Position numbers and translations under genes: made by a program
The notes under the pieces: model-generated
Database searches by the model: none
Told to the model about the DNA's origin: nothing
What the model saw: the letters and a program-made list of their open reading frames with translations, nothing else
In this document: positions 20,492-30,254 of the stretch, piece after piece
How positions within the stretch are numbered: position 1 is the first letter of the stretch
Layout: each line of letters begins with the position of its first letter
From: Candidatus Bathyarchaeota archaeon
Lineage (GTDB): Archaea; Thermoproteota; Bathyarchaeia; Bathyarchaeales; Bathycorpusculaceae
Reading direction: 5' to 3'
Assembly: GCA_963768425.1 (NCBI GenBank)
Contig: CAVYHV010000014.1
Span: 96,001 to 160,000, forward strand
DNA length: 64,000 nt

Positions 20492-20995
20492 ATGGTTAAA
20501 ATTCACGATAGAAAATTCGTTTCCGTCGACCCCGAAAAATGCGTAGGCTGCCAAATATGCGAATACGCTTGCTCATTCACTAAAGAAAAATGTTTCAACC
20601 CGTTGAAATCACGGATACGTGTCGTTAGGGTTAATCAAGTTGCTAACATGTCAGTCACATGCAGACTCTGCGAAGAACCAGCTTGCGTAGCAGCTTGCCC
20701 GAGAAATGCGCTTTCACAGTCAGAAGATACTGGGAACATTGTTCTTGACAAAGACAAATGCAACGGTTGCGGATGGTGCATCGAAGCATGTGACTACGGC
20801 GCAATAATGCTGCATCCAGAAACCAAAGTAGTCTACGTCTGCGACCTCTGCAAAGACAAACCCGACGGACCCCAATGCGTCAAATGGTGCCCAGAAGAAG
20901 CATTAACTCTTGTCACAAGCGATGTGCTAGCCCAAAAAGCAAGAATTAGCGCAATTAAGAAGCTGTTCCAAGAGTCAAAAGAAAAAATAAGCTAA
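20492..20995 (+). CDS. 4x[4Fe-4S] dicluster protein (AOR electron-transfer partner)
   Basis: Four Cys clusters: CVGCQICEYAC, CRLC..PAC...CP, CNGCGWC...C, CDLC...C...CP. Confidence 0.9.
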   Translation: MVKIHDRKFVSVDPEKCVGCQICEYACSFTKEKCFNPLKSRIRVVRVNQVANMSVTCRLCEEPACVAACPRNALSQSEDTGNIVLDKDKCNGCGWCIEACDYGAIMLHPETKVVYVCDLCKDKPDGPQCVKWCPEEALTLVTSDVLAQKARISAIKKLFQESKEKIS

Positions 20996-21036
20996 AAAAA
21001 GACCGAATCCTTTCCGCATGTTTTTGCCTGCTTATT

Positions 21037-21636
21037 TTAAAGAGCATTCTCTGCGGTGACGGATTGAACGCTGTCTCTGCCCGCTTGGAACGCTTTCAGA
21101 TTCACGTTGAGGTATTTTTCTTTCAACCTACCTGCAATGGCCTGCTTAAACGACTCAGCCTTAACAGGGACTTCGGGAAGCGCTGAAAGTGCCCCCAACA
21201 GAATCGTGTTGACGACTAAGAGGTTTCCGAGTTTCTCAGCGATTCCGGCTCCGTCTACTTCATGCACCTTGCCTTTCTCCCTTAAAATCTGCATCAACTC
21301 ATCTATCTTCTTAGGCTTCACATTTGAACCGGAAATACACGGCTGAATGTACTTCATATTAACGATCACGTCGCCGCCTCGCCTAAGCATCGGCAAAGCC
21401 CGCGCCGCCTCAAGAATCTCAAAACCCACCAGAACGTCTGCTTTCCCTGTTTCAATCAGCGGTGACTCGACTTTGTCGGCGATTCTCGCGTAAGCCACAA
21501 TTGAGCCTCCACGCTGCGCCATCCCATGAATCTCAGCCTTAGCAACATCAAAGCCCTCCAGAATCGCCGCTTCACAGAAAATGTCACTTAGCACTACCAC
21601 GCCCTGGCCGCCGACGCCGCTAAAAACGGTGTCCAA
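21037..21636 (-). CDS. iorB: indolepyruvate:ferredoxin oxidoreductase beta subunit
   Basis: GVGGQG, EIHGMAQRGGS, NTILLGA. Confidence 0.92.
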   Translation of the reverse strand: MDTVFSGVGGQGVVVLSDIFCEAAILEGFDVAKAEIHGMAQRGGSIVAYARIADKVESPLIETGKADVLVGFEILEAARALPMLRRGGDVIVNMKYIQPCISGSNVKPKKIDELMQILREKGKVHEVDGAGIAEKLGNLLVVNTILLGALSALPEVPVKAESFKQAIAGRLKEKYLNVNLKAFQAGRDSVQSVTAENAL

Positions 21637-21641
21637 ACTAT

Positions 21642-23834
21642 TCAGTCTTCCTTCCTCCTAACTGCATCGAAGGGACAGACGACTTCACAGACACCGCAAC
21701 CATAGCATAATGAAGCATCAACCGAAACCTTCCCATTTACTTTGTAGATGGCAGGGCACCCAAAGGCTTTTGTACACACTTCGCAGTCTGTGCATTTCTC
21801 AGTGATTTCTCTGGACTTGCCCCTTTCAACAAGGAGTGGACAGGGTCTCTGGGAGATGACGACTGAGGGACCGTCAAAATCAACTATTTTCCGTAACGCT
21901 GAAATCGTGCCGTCAACGTCGTAGGGGTCGACAACAACCACTTTGTCTATACCCAGCCCCCTTGCAACATCCGTCAGCTTCAGGATTTTAGCGTCTACGC
22001 CCATGGCGGTTTTTCCCGAGCCAGGCGTTGGCTGATGCCCCGTCATGGCAACCGTATTATTATCCATAATGACTACGCACACGTTAGCCTTATTGTAAAC
22101 GATGTTCATTAAGCCAGGCATGCCCGCGTGGAAGAAAGTTGAGTCGCCGATGACCGAGAACACCTTGTCTTTAACACCTGCATGAACCATACCTGCAGCC
22201 TGAGAAATCCCCGCACCCATGCAAAGGCAGCTTTGAACCGTGTTGACGGGAGGCAAAACGCCGAGCGTGTAGCAGCCAATGTCGCCTGTAACGATTTTGT
22301 CGTTTGAAGCTCCTGATAGACTCAGAGCTCCTTCGGGGCAGAATGGAATGCATTTGGGTTCGCCACCGCAAGTGTCGCATACCATAGCTTTGCGCGTAGT
22401 CGGATTCAAAGTTACTGAGCCGAACTCGCAGGCTTCAATGCACCAGTCACAACCCTTGCATTTGTCCTCGTCAACCACGATCGCTCCAGTTTGGGTTGAA
22501 CGCATCAAGGCTTTTTCTGGGCAAGCCATGATGCATGGTGCCTCTATGCAGGCTTTGCAAGTTATCGCCGTGTTGAAGGTCTGGCGAAGCCTTACTGAGC
22601 GGATGCGTGATTTAAGCGGGTTGAAAGCATGTTCTTTCTCGAAAGAGCAAATGTACTCGCAGATGTCGCAGCCGACGCATTTGTCGTTGTCGCAGTTAAC
22701 ATGCTGGTTCACCATGTTAAGCGCATAGTAAAATGCTCTGTGGGGACAACCTGGGCAAAGGTTAGGCGGTCTAGGCTGCAAAAACAACGGTTCCTGCGGC
22801 TCAGCTTTGGCTGTTAAGCCTAAACTTGAGAAAGCTTGACGTACACAATCGGGCGTTAACTCACCGATCTCCTCCAAACCCAACTGAGTCTTTCCTAATG
22901 GCTGCATACTCAGCCGTTGCAGATTCTCTTCAATGTACGGCCGCAGCTCCTCAATGACTATGAGTTTCTTTACCTTGAGAGCAAATCTCTGAACAATCTC
23001 ATGAGGAAATGGATGAACAAAACCCAGCTTTAACCAAGAAAACTTTTTTGTATCCAGCACTGAACGAGCATAGTAGTAGCCAACTCCGCTGCCTATGATT
23101 CCGATGTCGCAACCATTATCTTCGATCACATTGAATTTTGAGTGGTTGACAAGCGTTTTTGTTTCCGCCATCTTTACCTCTAAAACTCTGTGTTGCCGAA
23201 TAGCGTTTGAGGGAACCATCACCCATTTAGAGCCCTGCTTGTCAAAGTCGGGTTTGCGGGATAGATTATGGAGTCGACCAAGTTTCACTCGCGCCTTCCC
23301 ATGTGCAACCCTAGTCGTTAAACGCAAAATGATCGGCAAATGCAGCCGCTCGCTGAGTTCGAAGGCTTCCCTCGCCATATCCAAGGCTTCTTGCGGGTTC
23401 CCAGCGTCCAATAAGGGGAGCTTCGAATGGACCGCGAAGTATCGTGTGTCCTGTTCGTTTTGGCTGCTATGCAAAGCTGGGTCATCACAAACCGCGATTA
23501 TCATCCCGCCTTCGACACCTGTGTATGCCAAAGTCATGACGGCGTCTGCGGCGACGTTCAGGCCAACGTGCTTCATGGAAACGATGGAGCGCACGCCTGC
23601 CATCGAAGCGCCCGCGGCTACCTCAACAGCAACGATCTCGTTTATGCTCCATTCGGCGTAGATGCCGAATTCTTTTGATGCCTCAGCGAGGGTTTCCAAA
23701 ATTTCTGTAGCCGGCGTGCCAGGGTAAGAAGCAGCAACTTTAACCGAAGCTTCAACGGCGCCTCTTGCGACTGCTTCATCGCCGTTAAGCAAGGCAAAAC
23801 GGCCCGGCTTATCTACAGCAATTTTGGAAGTCAT
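21642..23834 (-). CDS. iorA: indolepyruvate:ferredoxin oxidoreductase alpha subunit with an internal ferredoxin insertion
   Basis: G.EAVARG, YPGTP, MKHVGLNVAAD, SSQNEQD, CPGCPHR, GDIGCY, IGDSTFFH..DN..AMTG. Confidence 0.93.
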   Translation of the reverse strand: MTSKIAVDKPGRFALLNGDEAVARGAVEASVKVAASYPGTPATEILETLAEASKEFGIYAEWSINEIVAVEVAAGASMAGVRSIVSMKHVGLNVAADAVMTLAYTGVEGGMIIAVCDDPALHSSQNEQDTRYFAVHSKLPLLDAGNPQEALDMAREAFELSERLHLPIILRLTTRVAHGKARVKLGRLHNLSRKPDFDKQGSKWVMVPSNAIRQHRVLEVKMAETKTLVNHSKFNVIEDNGCDIGIIGSGVGYYYARSVLDTKKFSWLKLGFVHPFPHEIVQRFALKVKKLIVIEELRPYIEENLQRLSMQPLGKTQLGLEEIGELTPDCVRQAFSSLGLTAKAEPQEPLFLQPRPPNLCPGCPHRAFYYALNMVNQHVNCDNDKCVGCDICEYICSFEKEHAFNPLKSRIRSVRLRQTFNTAITCKACIEAPCIMACPEKALMRSTQTGAIVVDEDKCKGCDWCIEACEFGSVTLNPTTRKAMVCDTCGGEPKCIPFCPEGALSLSGASNDKIVTGDIGCYTLGVLPPVNTVQSCLCMGAGISQAAGMVHAGVKDKVFSVIGDSTFFHAGMPGLMNIVYNKANVCVVIMDNNTVAMTGHQPTPGSGKTAMGVDAKILKLTDVARGLGIDKVVVVDPYDVDGTISALRKIVDFDGPSVVISQRPCPLLVERGKSREITEKCTDCEVCTKAFGCPAIYKVNGKVSVDASLCYGCGVCEVVCPFDAVRRKED

Positions 23835-23846
23835 AGGTTTAGTCCT

Positions 23847-25166
23847 TTACATTTTGCCTTTACGTAAGTCCAGAACCCGCTTTGCTTTCCCCTCAGTCCT
23901 TGGAAGCTCACCCGGCTTCACAATTTCTACGTCTGCCGAAATGCCTGTCACGATGTGTATTTGCTTTTGAATGCCGTTTTTCAACGCGTTCGGATCCAAT
24001 TTTGGATCTTTGGCTGCTTTCTCGGATAATTCAACTTTTACAACGAACGTGTCTAACGCGCCTGGTCTGTCGAGGACGATTAGGTATTGTGTGGCAAGTT
24101 CCGAGAAGCACATGACCGCGTATTCGATTTGCGACGGGAATACGTTTACTCCGCGGATAATGAGCATGTCGTCTGACCTGCCTTGAACACGCATCATTCG
24201 GGCATGTGTTCGTCCGCAGGCGCATGTCTCTGTCTCTATTTTGGACATGTCTCGGGTTCGGTATCTGAGCATAGGCAGGCCCTGCTTTGTCAAGCCTGTG
24301 AAAACTATTTCGCCTTCTTCTCCTGGAGGCAGAACCTCGCCTGTGTCAGAATCAATCGTTTCCACGATAAAGTGATCCTCCCAAATATGCAGCCCCTTAT
24401 GTTCAGCGCATTCTACGGCGACGCCTGGACCGCAAAGCTCGGTTAAACCGTAAACGTCAAAAGCCGAAATTCCCAAGTCCTGCTCTATTCTTTCCCGTAG
24501 CTTGTCTGACCAAGGCTCCGCTCCAAACAGCCCAAGTTTAAGTTTAAGGTCTTTTTTCGGGTCAACGTTTTCCTGAGCCATGGTTTCAGCAAGGTAAACT
24601 GCAAAGCTCGGGGTACAAGCCAAAATCGTGACGCCTAAATCTTTCATAAGCTTAATTTGGCGTTGTGTCATGCCGCCGCTTGCAGGGACGATTTTCGACC
24701 CGATTTTTTGGGCGCCGTAATGGAATCCTAAGCCACCGGTGAATAGACCGTAACCGTAGGCGATGTGTATTGTGTCTTGGCGTCTTCCACCAGCTGTATA
24801 GATGGATCTTGCCATAAGCTCCTGCCAAACATCCATGTCGCCTTTTGTGTATGCTCCAACAATCGGATTCCCAGTAGTCCCGCTTGACGCATGGATCTCC
24901 ACTATTTCGTCAAGTTTAGCAGCGACCATTCCAAATGGGTAGTTGTCTTTCAGATCGCTCTTTATAGTGAAAGGAATCTTTGTAAGATCATCAAGTGAAC
25001 GTATACTTTCAGGTTTTACCCCTGCGCCGTCAAGTCTCTTCTTGTAAAAAGCACTATTCTCATAACAATGCTTCACCAGCTCTTTCAGCTCCTTAAGCTG
25101 AAGTTTCTTTATTTCTTGAGCAGGCATGGTTTCGATTTTTTGGTTCCAGTATTTTTGGTCTACCAT
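23847..25166 (-). CDS. paaK: phenylacetate-CoA ligase
   Basis: HASSGTTG, YGYGLFTGGLG, GAEPW, YGLTE, RYRTRD, GRSDDMLIIRGVNVFPSQIE, GKAKRV. Confidence 0.93.
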   Translation of the reverse strand: MVDQKYWNQKIETMPAQEIKKLQLKELKELVKHCYENSAFYKKRLDGAGVKPESIRSLDDLTKIPFTIKSDLKDNYPFGMVAAKLDEIVEIHASSGTTGNPIVGAYTKGDMDVWQELMARSIYTAGGRRQDTIHIAYGYGLFTGGLGFHYGAQKIGSKIVPASGGMTQRQIKLMKDLGVTILACTPSFAVYLAETMAQENVDPKKDLKLKLGLFGAEPWSDKLRERIEQDLGISAFDVYGLTELCGPGVAVECAEHKGLHIWEDHFIVETIDSDTGEVLPPGEEGEIVFTGLTKQGLPMLRYRTRDMSKIETETCACGRTHARMMRVQGRSDDMLIIRGVNVFPSQIEYAVMCFSELATQYLIVLDRPGALDTFVVKVELSEKAAKDPKLDPNALKNGIQKQIHIVTGISADVEIVKPGELPRTEGKAKRVLDLRKGKM

Positions 25167-25316
25167 TTTCGCGCCCCCTTTAAGGGTCTTGCTTACCACT
25201 CTTTTATTTGACTATTAGATAAAAGTTCCCTACTTCTACCCAAAACATGATTCTTTCGGACAACCAAGAAATCAAAGCTTGCTCAGCCAAAAGACCGTTA
25301 AAAAAAGGAGGCATTT

Positions 25317-25982
25317 TCAGAACTGCACTATGGAACTGGAGAATCTGCGTGTGATGAGTTTATACTGCCTTCGCAAGGTAAGTGTGAATGGAATCGCCTG
25401 CCCAAAGGGCGCACAATCCCCCTTTGCAACCGCTTTGACTATCGCGTCGACGGTGGGTTCAGAATCGATAGCTGTGTACCCGTACCCGATTGTTGGGCCA
25501 TAATGCGCGTCAGTTCCACCTACCTGAGGCAGATGAAGTTTCTGCGCCACTTCCATTGCTTTGCGTTTGCTGCGACCAAATGGGAAAGCATTAGCATTCA
25601 AGGTCTCCACAGCGTCGAATTTTGCGTCCCTCACATGGCTTGTCAAGCTCCCTTTAAACCAAGCGTAAGGGTGAACCGCAATAGCTATTCCGCCTGCCGA
25701 GTGGATTTTGTCAACAGTTTCCTTGGCGCTTAAACTTCTGGGAATCAACTCTTTAATGTTCAATGCGACAATGTGACCGTCTGCGCTTGAAACCTCCATA
25801 CCTGGAATAACCAGAAAATCAACTTCCTTTGCAATTTTCCAGCTGCCCTCAATCTGATTATGGTCAGTCACAGCAACAGCGCTCAAGCCACGCTTCTTGG
25901 AGTAATAAACGAGTTCTTGGGGGGTTATGAGCGAATCCTTTGAGTAGTTGCTGTGAACGTGAAGGTCAGCGTTAATTCGCAC
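25317..25982 (-). CDS. PHP-domain phosphoesterase
   Basis: DLHVHS, TDHN, GME, HP, GGTDAH. Confidence 0.9.
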   Translation of the reverse strand: MRINADLHVHSNYSKDSLITPQELVYYSKKRGLSAVAVTDHNQIEGSWKIAKEVDFLVIPGMEVSSADGHIVALNIKELIPRSLSAKETVDKIHSAGGIAIAVHPYAWFKGSLTSHVRDAKFDAVETLNANAFPFGRSKRKAMEVAQKLHLPQVGGTDAHYGPTIGYGYTAIDSEPTVDAIVKAVAKGDCAPFGQAIPFTLTLRRQYKLITRRFSSSIVQF

Positions 25983-25997
25983 GGTTTAGCCTCTCTC

Positions 25998-27699
25998 TCA
26001 TTTGGGCTGATTTGCCAGTTTCTTTCTAACTTCAGCCAATTGTTCTTCCAGCTTTGCCTCATCTGCATCTATCTTATGGAACAAAGGTTTCGGCTTAGCT
26101 ATCTTATGCCCTGCATCTAGGGGTTTTGTGGCTTCACTCCAGCTGCCTTCGCTTACCTTCCCAGGCAAATTCAGCGTTTGCCAAAGCTGCTCCGCCGTGT
26201 CGGGGATAAAGGGCGAAGAAACCACAGTGGCAGCTTTCACCACTTGAGCAGCGACATAAAATATAGTCGCAGCTTTTTCCTTGTCCGTTTTCATCAGGTT
26301 CCATGGTTCCTTGGTGTTGAGGTACTGGTTTCCAATTCGGCTAACTGACACAAGGGTGTTTACGGCGGATAGAAGTTTTGAAGCTTCAATTTCTTGGGCT
26401 GCTGCGTCTATTTTTTCCTTGATGGTCTGCATAATGGCCTCGTCGTCTTTGTCAAGTTTCGTGGGCTCCGGGATTGTGTAGTCGAATTTTGAGGCTATGA
26501 AGCTTAGGGTTCGATGTATAAAGTTACCGAATGTGTCATTTAAGTCGGCGTTGATTTTGTCTATAAACGCGTTCCAGGTGAAGTTTGTGTCTTTGCTTTC
26601 GGGTCTCGTGGCGATGAGGAAGAAACGCCAGTAATCCGCCGGGAACATCTCCAGGGCTTCGTCTATCCAGATGCCGACGCGTTGGCTTTTTGATGCTTTT
26701 TGCCCCTTGAACTGCAGAAACTCTGTCGCGGAAACGTTCCAGGGCAAGTTGTAGCCTTGGCCTGAAGCTAAAAGCAGTGCTGGTAGGATTATTGTATGGA
26801 ATGGGATGTTGTCTTTTCCGACGAAGTAGAGGGTTTTGGCTTGTTTGTCAAACCAAAAGTCTCGCCACCTCTCAGGCTGACCCAGCCGCTGACATTGTTC
26901 AATAGTTGCCGACACATAGCCCAAAACGGCGTCGACCCAAACGTAGATGGTTTTGCCTTCCGCCCCAGAGAAAGGTGCGGGTATTCCCCATTCAACGTCT
27001 CGGGTGACAGCACGAGGTTTTAAGCCTTCTTTTATCCAGTTTAAACTGAAGCTTTTGACGTTGCTTGGAAGCTGTTGGTTGCCCTGCAGATACTTCGTCA
27101 GGGATTCGGCAAGTTTTGAGAGGTCGATGTACCAGTGCCGCGTGGATTTTAACGGTTGGTTTGTTTTTGCAGATTACGCAGTACGGATCCACCAAGGCTG
27201 TTGGCTCGAGCAGCCTGCCACACATATCACATTGGTCGCCGCGGGCTTTTTCGCAGCCGCAGTACGGACATTTGCCTTCTACGAAGCGGTCAGGCAGGAA
27301 CCGTTGGTCATGTTCGCAGTATAACATTTGAGTTTCTTGCTCGAAAATGTAGCCGTTTTTCTGGATTTCAAGCAGGGTTTTCTGAACAAACTGCTTGTGA
27401 ATTGGGCTTTCGGTGCTTGTATAATTGTCAAATGACGCTTCCCATCGGCGGAATAGTTCAGCGACGCGGGCATGGTTGCGGTCGGTCAATTCTTTAGGTT
27501 TGACCCCTTGTTTTATGGCTTCGACCTCAATGGGTGTGCCATGTGTGTCTGAACCACTGACCATCAATACCTCGTCGCCCTTTAGGCGGTAGTAACGTGC
27601 GGTGACGTCGGCGGAGAGCACCGAGCCTACGAGGTTACCCAAGTGAGGTGTAACGTTGATGTATGGCCAAGCGGAGGTAACCAAAACTTTTTCAGGCAA
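25998..27699 (-). CDS. metG: methionyl-tRNA synthetase (1-nt frameshift near 27148)
   Basis: PHLGN (HIGH-like), Zn knuckle, [23 protein letters not shown]; removing one A from the 27147-27150 run fuses the frames. Confidence 0.93.
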
Positions 27700-27947
27700 A
27701 CTTAATCATCACAAACGGTTTGGTACCGCCCCTATTTAAAATTACTAGCAGTCAACTACGCATGGTTGCGTGCTATTTTCATTATTCTCGTCATTTTTTT
27801 CGTTGATTTTCTGTCACAAATCTATGGACCCCTTCAGGGTCGTGTTCTCTCACATACCTTGGACTAACGGTCAACTAGATGATCCAAATTTGAACCTTAG
27901 ATTTCATTTATAGCACTTTCTAAATCAAAGAAAGAAAGCGGAGTTAG

Positions 27948-28328
27948 CTATTGGAGAGGTGATCTCTCTGATAACAGCGGGGTAACCTGCATTGAAATGT
28001 TGCTATCGGTTGACAAGTTTTTGCAGATGAAGTTGAGTGAACTTTCGGTGAAGTTTAAAACACTTTTCCCATCGCTGGTAAGGGAGTAAATTTTTCTCGG
28101 TCTTTCCGCATTCATATTCCAAGCGCTTTTAACATAGCCTTTTTTCTCTAGATGAGTTAGCAGGGGGTAAATTGTGCTGGGTCCGAAGTAGACACCGAAG
28201 TTTTTGCGGATTGTTGTGATAAGTTGGTATCCATGCATTGATTCCTTGCCTAAGTACTGTAAGATGATCATATCTAGGAGACCTTTTGTGAGTTTTGTTT
28301 GAGTTTCTTTTTGGTAGTTTTTTATCAT
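27948..28328 (-). CDS. PadR family transcriptional regulator
   Basis: MHGYQL, GPSTIYPLL..LEKKG, RPRKIYSLT..G. Confidence 0.92.
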   Translation of the reverse strand: MIKNYQKETQTKLTKGLLDMIILQYLGKESMHGYQLITTIRKNFGVYFGPSTIYPLLTHLEKKGYVKSAWNMNAERPRKIYSLTSDGKSVLNFTESSLNFICKNLSTDSNISMQVTPLLSERSPLQ

Positions 28329-28367
28329 TTTTTCTTTTTCTCCTGTTGATGTGTTGTACAGGGGTAC

Positions 28368-28390
28368 AATATGTCTTTTTAAGACATATT
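28368..28390. promoter_or_regulatory. perfect 10-bp inverted repeat, candidate PadR operator
   Basis: AATATGTCTT-TTT-AAGACATATT, 40 bp upstream of the padR start. Confidence 0.6.
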
Positions 28391-28713
28391 TCTTATGTCT
28401 TCATATTGTCAAAACTGCCACATAAACCCTCGCACATAACCCAAACATATCAAAACACTCAGTTGTCCAACACAACGCCACATCAATACATAAAAACCCA
28501 ATTAAAAAATCAAAATTCCAAAAGCCCCGGCCGCTCAATAGAAACTGTACAACACTTAAACAGAAAACCAAACTACAACATGACCCTGTCCGAAAAAAGG
28601 CAGTGAAAAATCAGAAATTTTGAGCCAAGAACGAACCGAAGGGTCTGATTCACAAATACAGTTAATCTTATTTAGATTGATTTGATATTAGGCACGATTT
28701 AGAGACGACAAGA

Positions 28714-29076
28714 ATGAAGGGAAAAGATCATTTTGCGGATGCTCTGGGAATTCAGCTGGTTGAAGCCAGAGACGGACATGCTAAAGTAGAGATGAAAGTT
28801 GAGAAAAACCACACCAACGCCTTGGGGTATACTCATGGCGGAGCAATCTTCTCGCTCGCAGACTACGCATTCGCACAAGCATGCAACTACGGCGACAACG
28901 TTGCCGTCGCAGTCCAAGTAAGCATCAATTTTCTGAAGCCCTCCGCTGAAGGCGACGTTTTGACGGCTATAGCGGAGCGGATTTCAGATGGAAAAACGAC
29001 TGGATTGTATCAAGTGACTGTTAAGAGCGGGGATAAGATTGTGGCTTTCTTTACGGGGTTAGCTTTCAAAAAATAG
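28714..29076 (+). CDS. PaaI-like hotdog-fold thioesterase
   Basis: N..G.THGGAIFSLADYAFA.ACN. Confidence 0.9.
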   Translation: MKGKDHFADALGIQLVEARDGHAKVEMKVEKNHTNALGYTHGGAIFSLADYAFAQACNYGDNVAVAVQVSINFLKPSAEGDVLTAIAERISDGKTTGLYQVTVKSGDKIVAFFTGLAFKK

Positions 29077-29162
29077 ATACCCTAAAATCTCGATCGCCAA
29101 TTTTGGACTTGGAAACTTAAAAAGAGGGTACGTCGGTTAAATCCGACGATCAGTTTGGTAAA

Positions 29163-29216
29163 TTATTTTTTCTTCGCTGGTTTAACTTCTTTCTTTGCAG
29201 GTTTCTTAGCTGGCAA
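29163..29216 (-). CDS. 17-aa Lys/Pro/Ala-rich micropeptide MPAKKPAKKEVKPAKKK
   Basis: TTG start with GAGGT SD; TTATAAA TATA at 29261-29255; hairpin at 29131-29148 and T-tract downstream. Confidence 0.6.
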   Translation of the reverse strand: MPAKKPAKKEVKPAKKK

Positions 29217-29458
29217 CAATTGAACCTCAGGGATTAATTGTTGTATGATTTTGTTTATAAGAACTTCTATTATCGAGTCTGAAGAAATCCGTCAGCTAAA
29301 GCATTTCAACTTTCAGGAGTCTTTTGCAGGGCCAAAAGAGCAGTCCTGACCTTGCATTCCTAATGTTTGATGAAGTGCGATTTTCTTTTTTTGCCTTTCA
29401 GAAATGATTAAGGCACGAACGGTAACGCTTTTACGTTGAAAAGTTGAATTATAGCGCT

Positions 29459-30133
29459 ATGAGCCCCGCCAGGAAATCTCCTCCGCTAAAAAAGCGCAGA
29501 CAGACACGCCCTTGGGTAGTTATTGTTTCAGTCGCTTTACTTGTTGGATCAATGCTGGCAACTGTACATTTTTGGTCCACATCAGTCAACAAGGATTCCG
29601 TAAACAATCAGTTAACCCCCGCGAACACCGACCCAGCTTTTGAAGCTTTCACCAATCATTACCTTGACATAATGAAAAATTTGAATTCAAGCCAAACCAA
29701 AACCAAAATGCTATCTCTGCTTAACCCTGACTACAACCAAACTCAACTTTTCAGTTGGGAAGGCAGCAAGATGACATTTGCCTCGGACCCAACCGGCTTT
29801 TTTGAGGACCCATTCCAAATTCTGGATAGAGGCCAAGGCATCTGCGTGCAATGGAGCATAGTTTATGTTTCAGCTTGTTTAGCGCTTGGGTACCAAAGCA
29901 GACTTGTTGTGGCTGTTGACACCCAAGGCTGGAGCTATATTCATGTCTGGGCTGAAGACTACTACAACGGCAAATGGGTTCACGTGGATCCGTCAGACAA
30001 AGTTTGGAACGCCCCACACAGGTACCTGAGTTGGGATTGGGGACCATACATTGGATCGACAGTCAAAGTCTACGCGTTTGAAGACAACCTATACCAAGAC
30101 GTAACATCCACCTACAGCGCCAACTCAAGCTAA
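29459..30133 (+). CDS. membrane-anchored transglutaminase-like protein
   Basis: G.C (GQGIC), HVWAE, WVHVDPS catalytic triad; N-terminal TM. Confidence 0.85.
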   Translation: MSPARKSPPLKKRRQTRPWVVIVSVALLVGSMLATVHFWSTSVNKDSVNNQLTPANTDPAFEAFTNHYLDIMKNLNSSQTKTKMLSLLNPDYNQTQLFSWEGSKMTFASDPTGFFEDPFQILDRGQGICVQWSIVYVSACLALGYQSRLVVAVDTQGWSYIHVWAEDYYNGKWVHVDPSDKVWNAPHRYLSWDWGPYIGSTVKVYAFEDNLYQDVTSTYSANSS

Positions 30134-30254
30134 AAGGCGCGGAGCGCACATAAGGCTCATATCATCCTTTGGCTATGCGGCAATTTCTTAAATAATCGAG
30201 CAACCAAAGAATAAGGAAGAAACATGTTACGTCAAATGTTAAACGGACGGCAAA

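Noticed and set aside
25998-27699. Split or pseudogenised metG, or programmed frameshift
   Set aside because: One extra A in a homopolymer, essential gene, and the same error type throughout the window
28295-28606. 103-aa ORF in the padR-paaI gap (likewise 38479-38745 and 53137-53481)
   Set aside because: Low-complexity intergenic composition, overlaps promoters or genes, no family features
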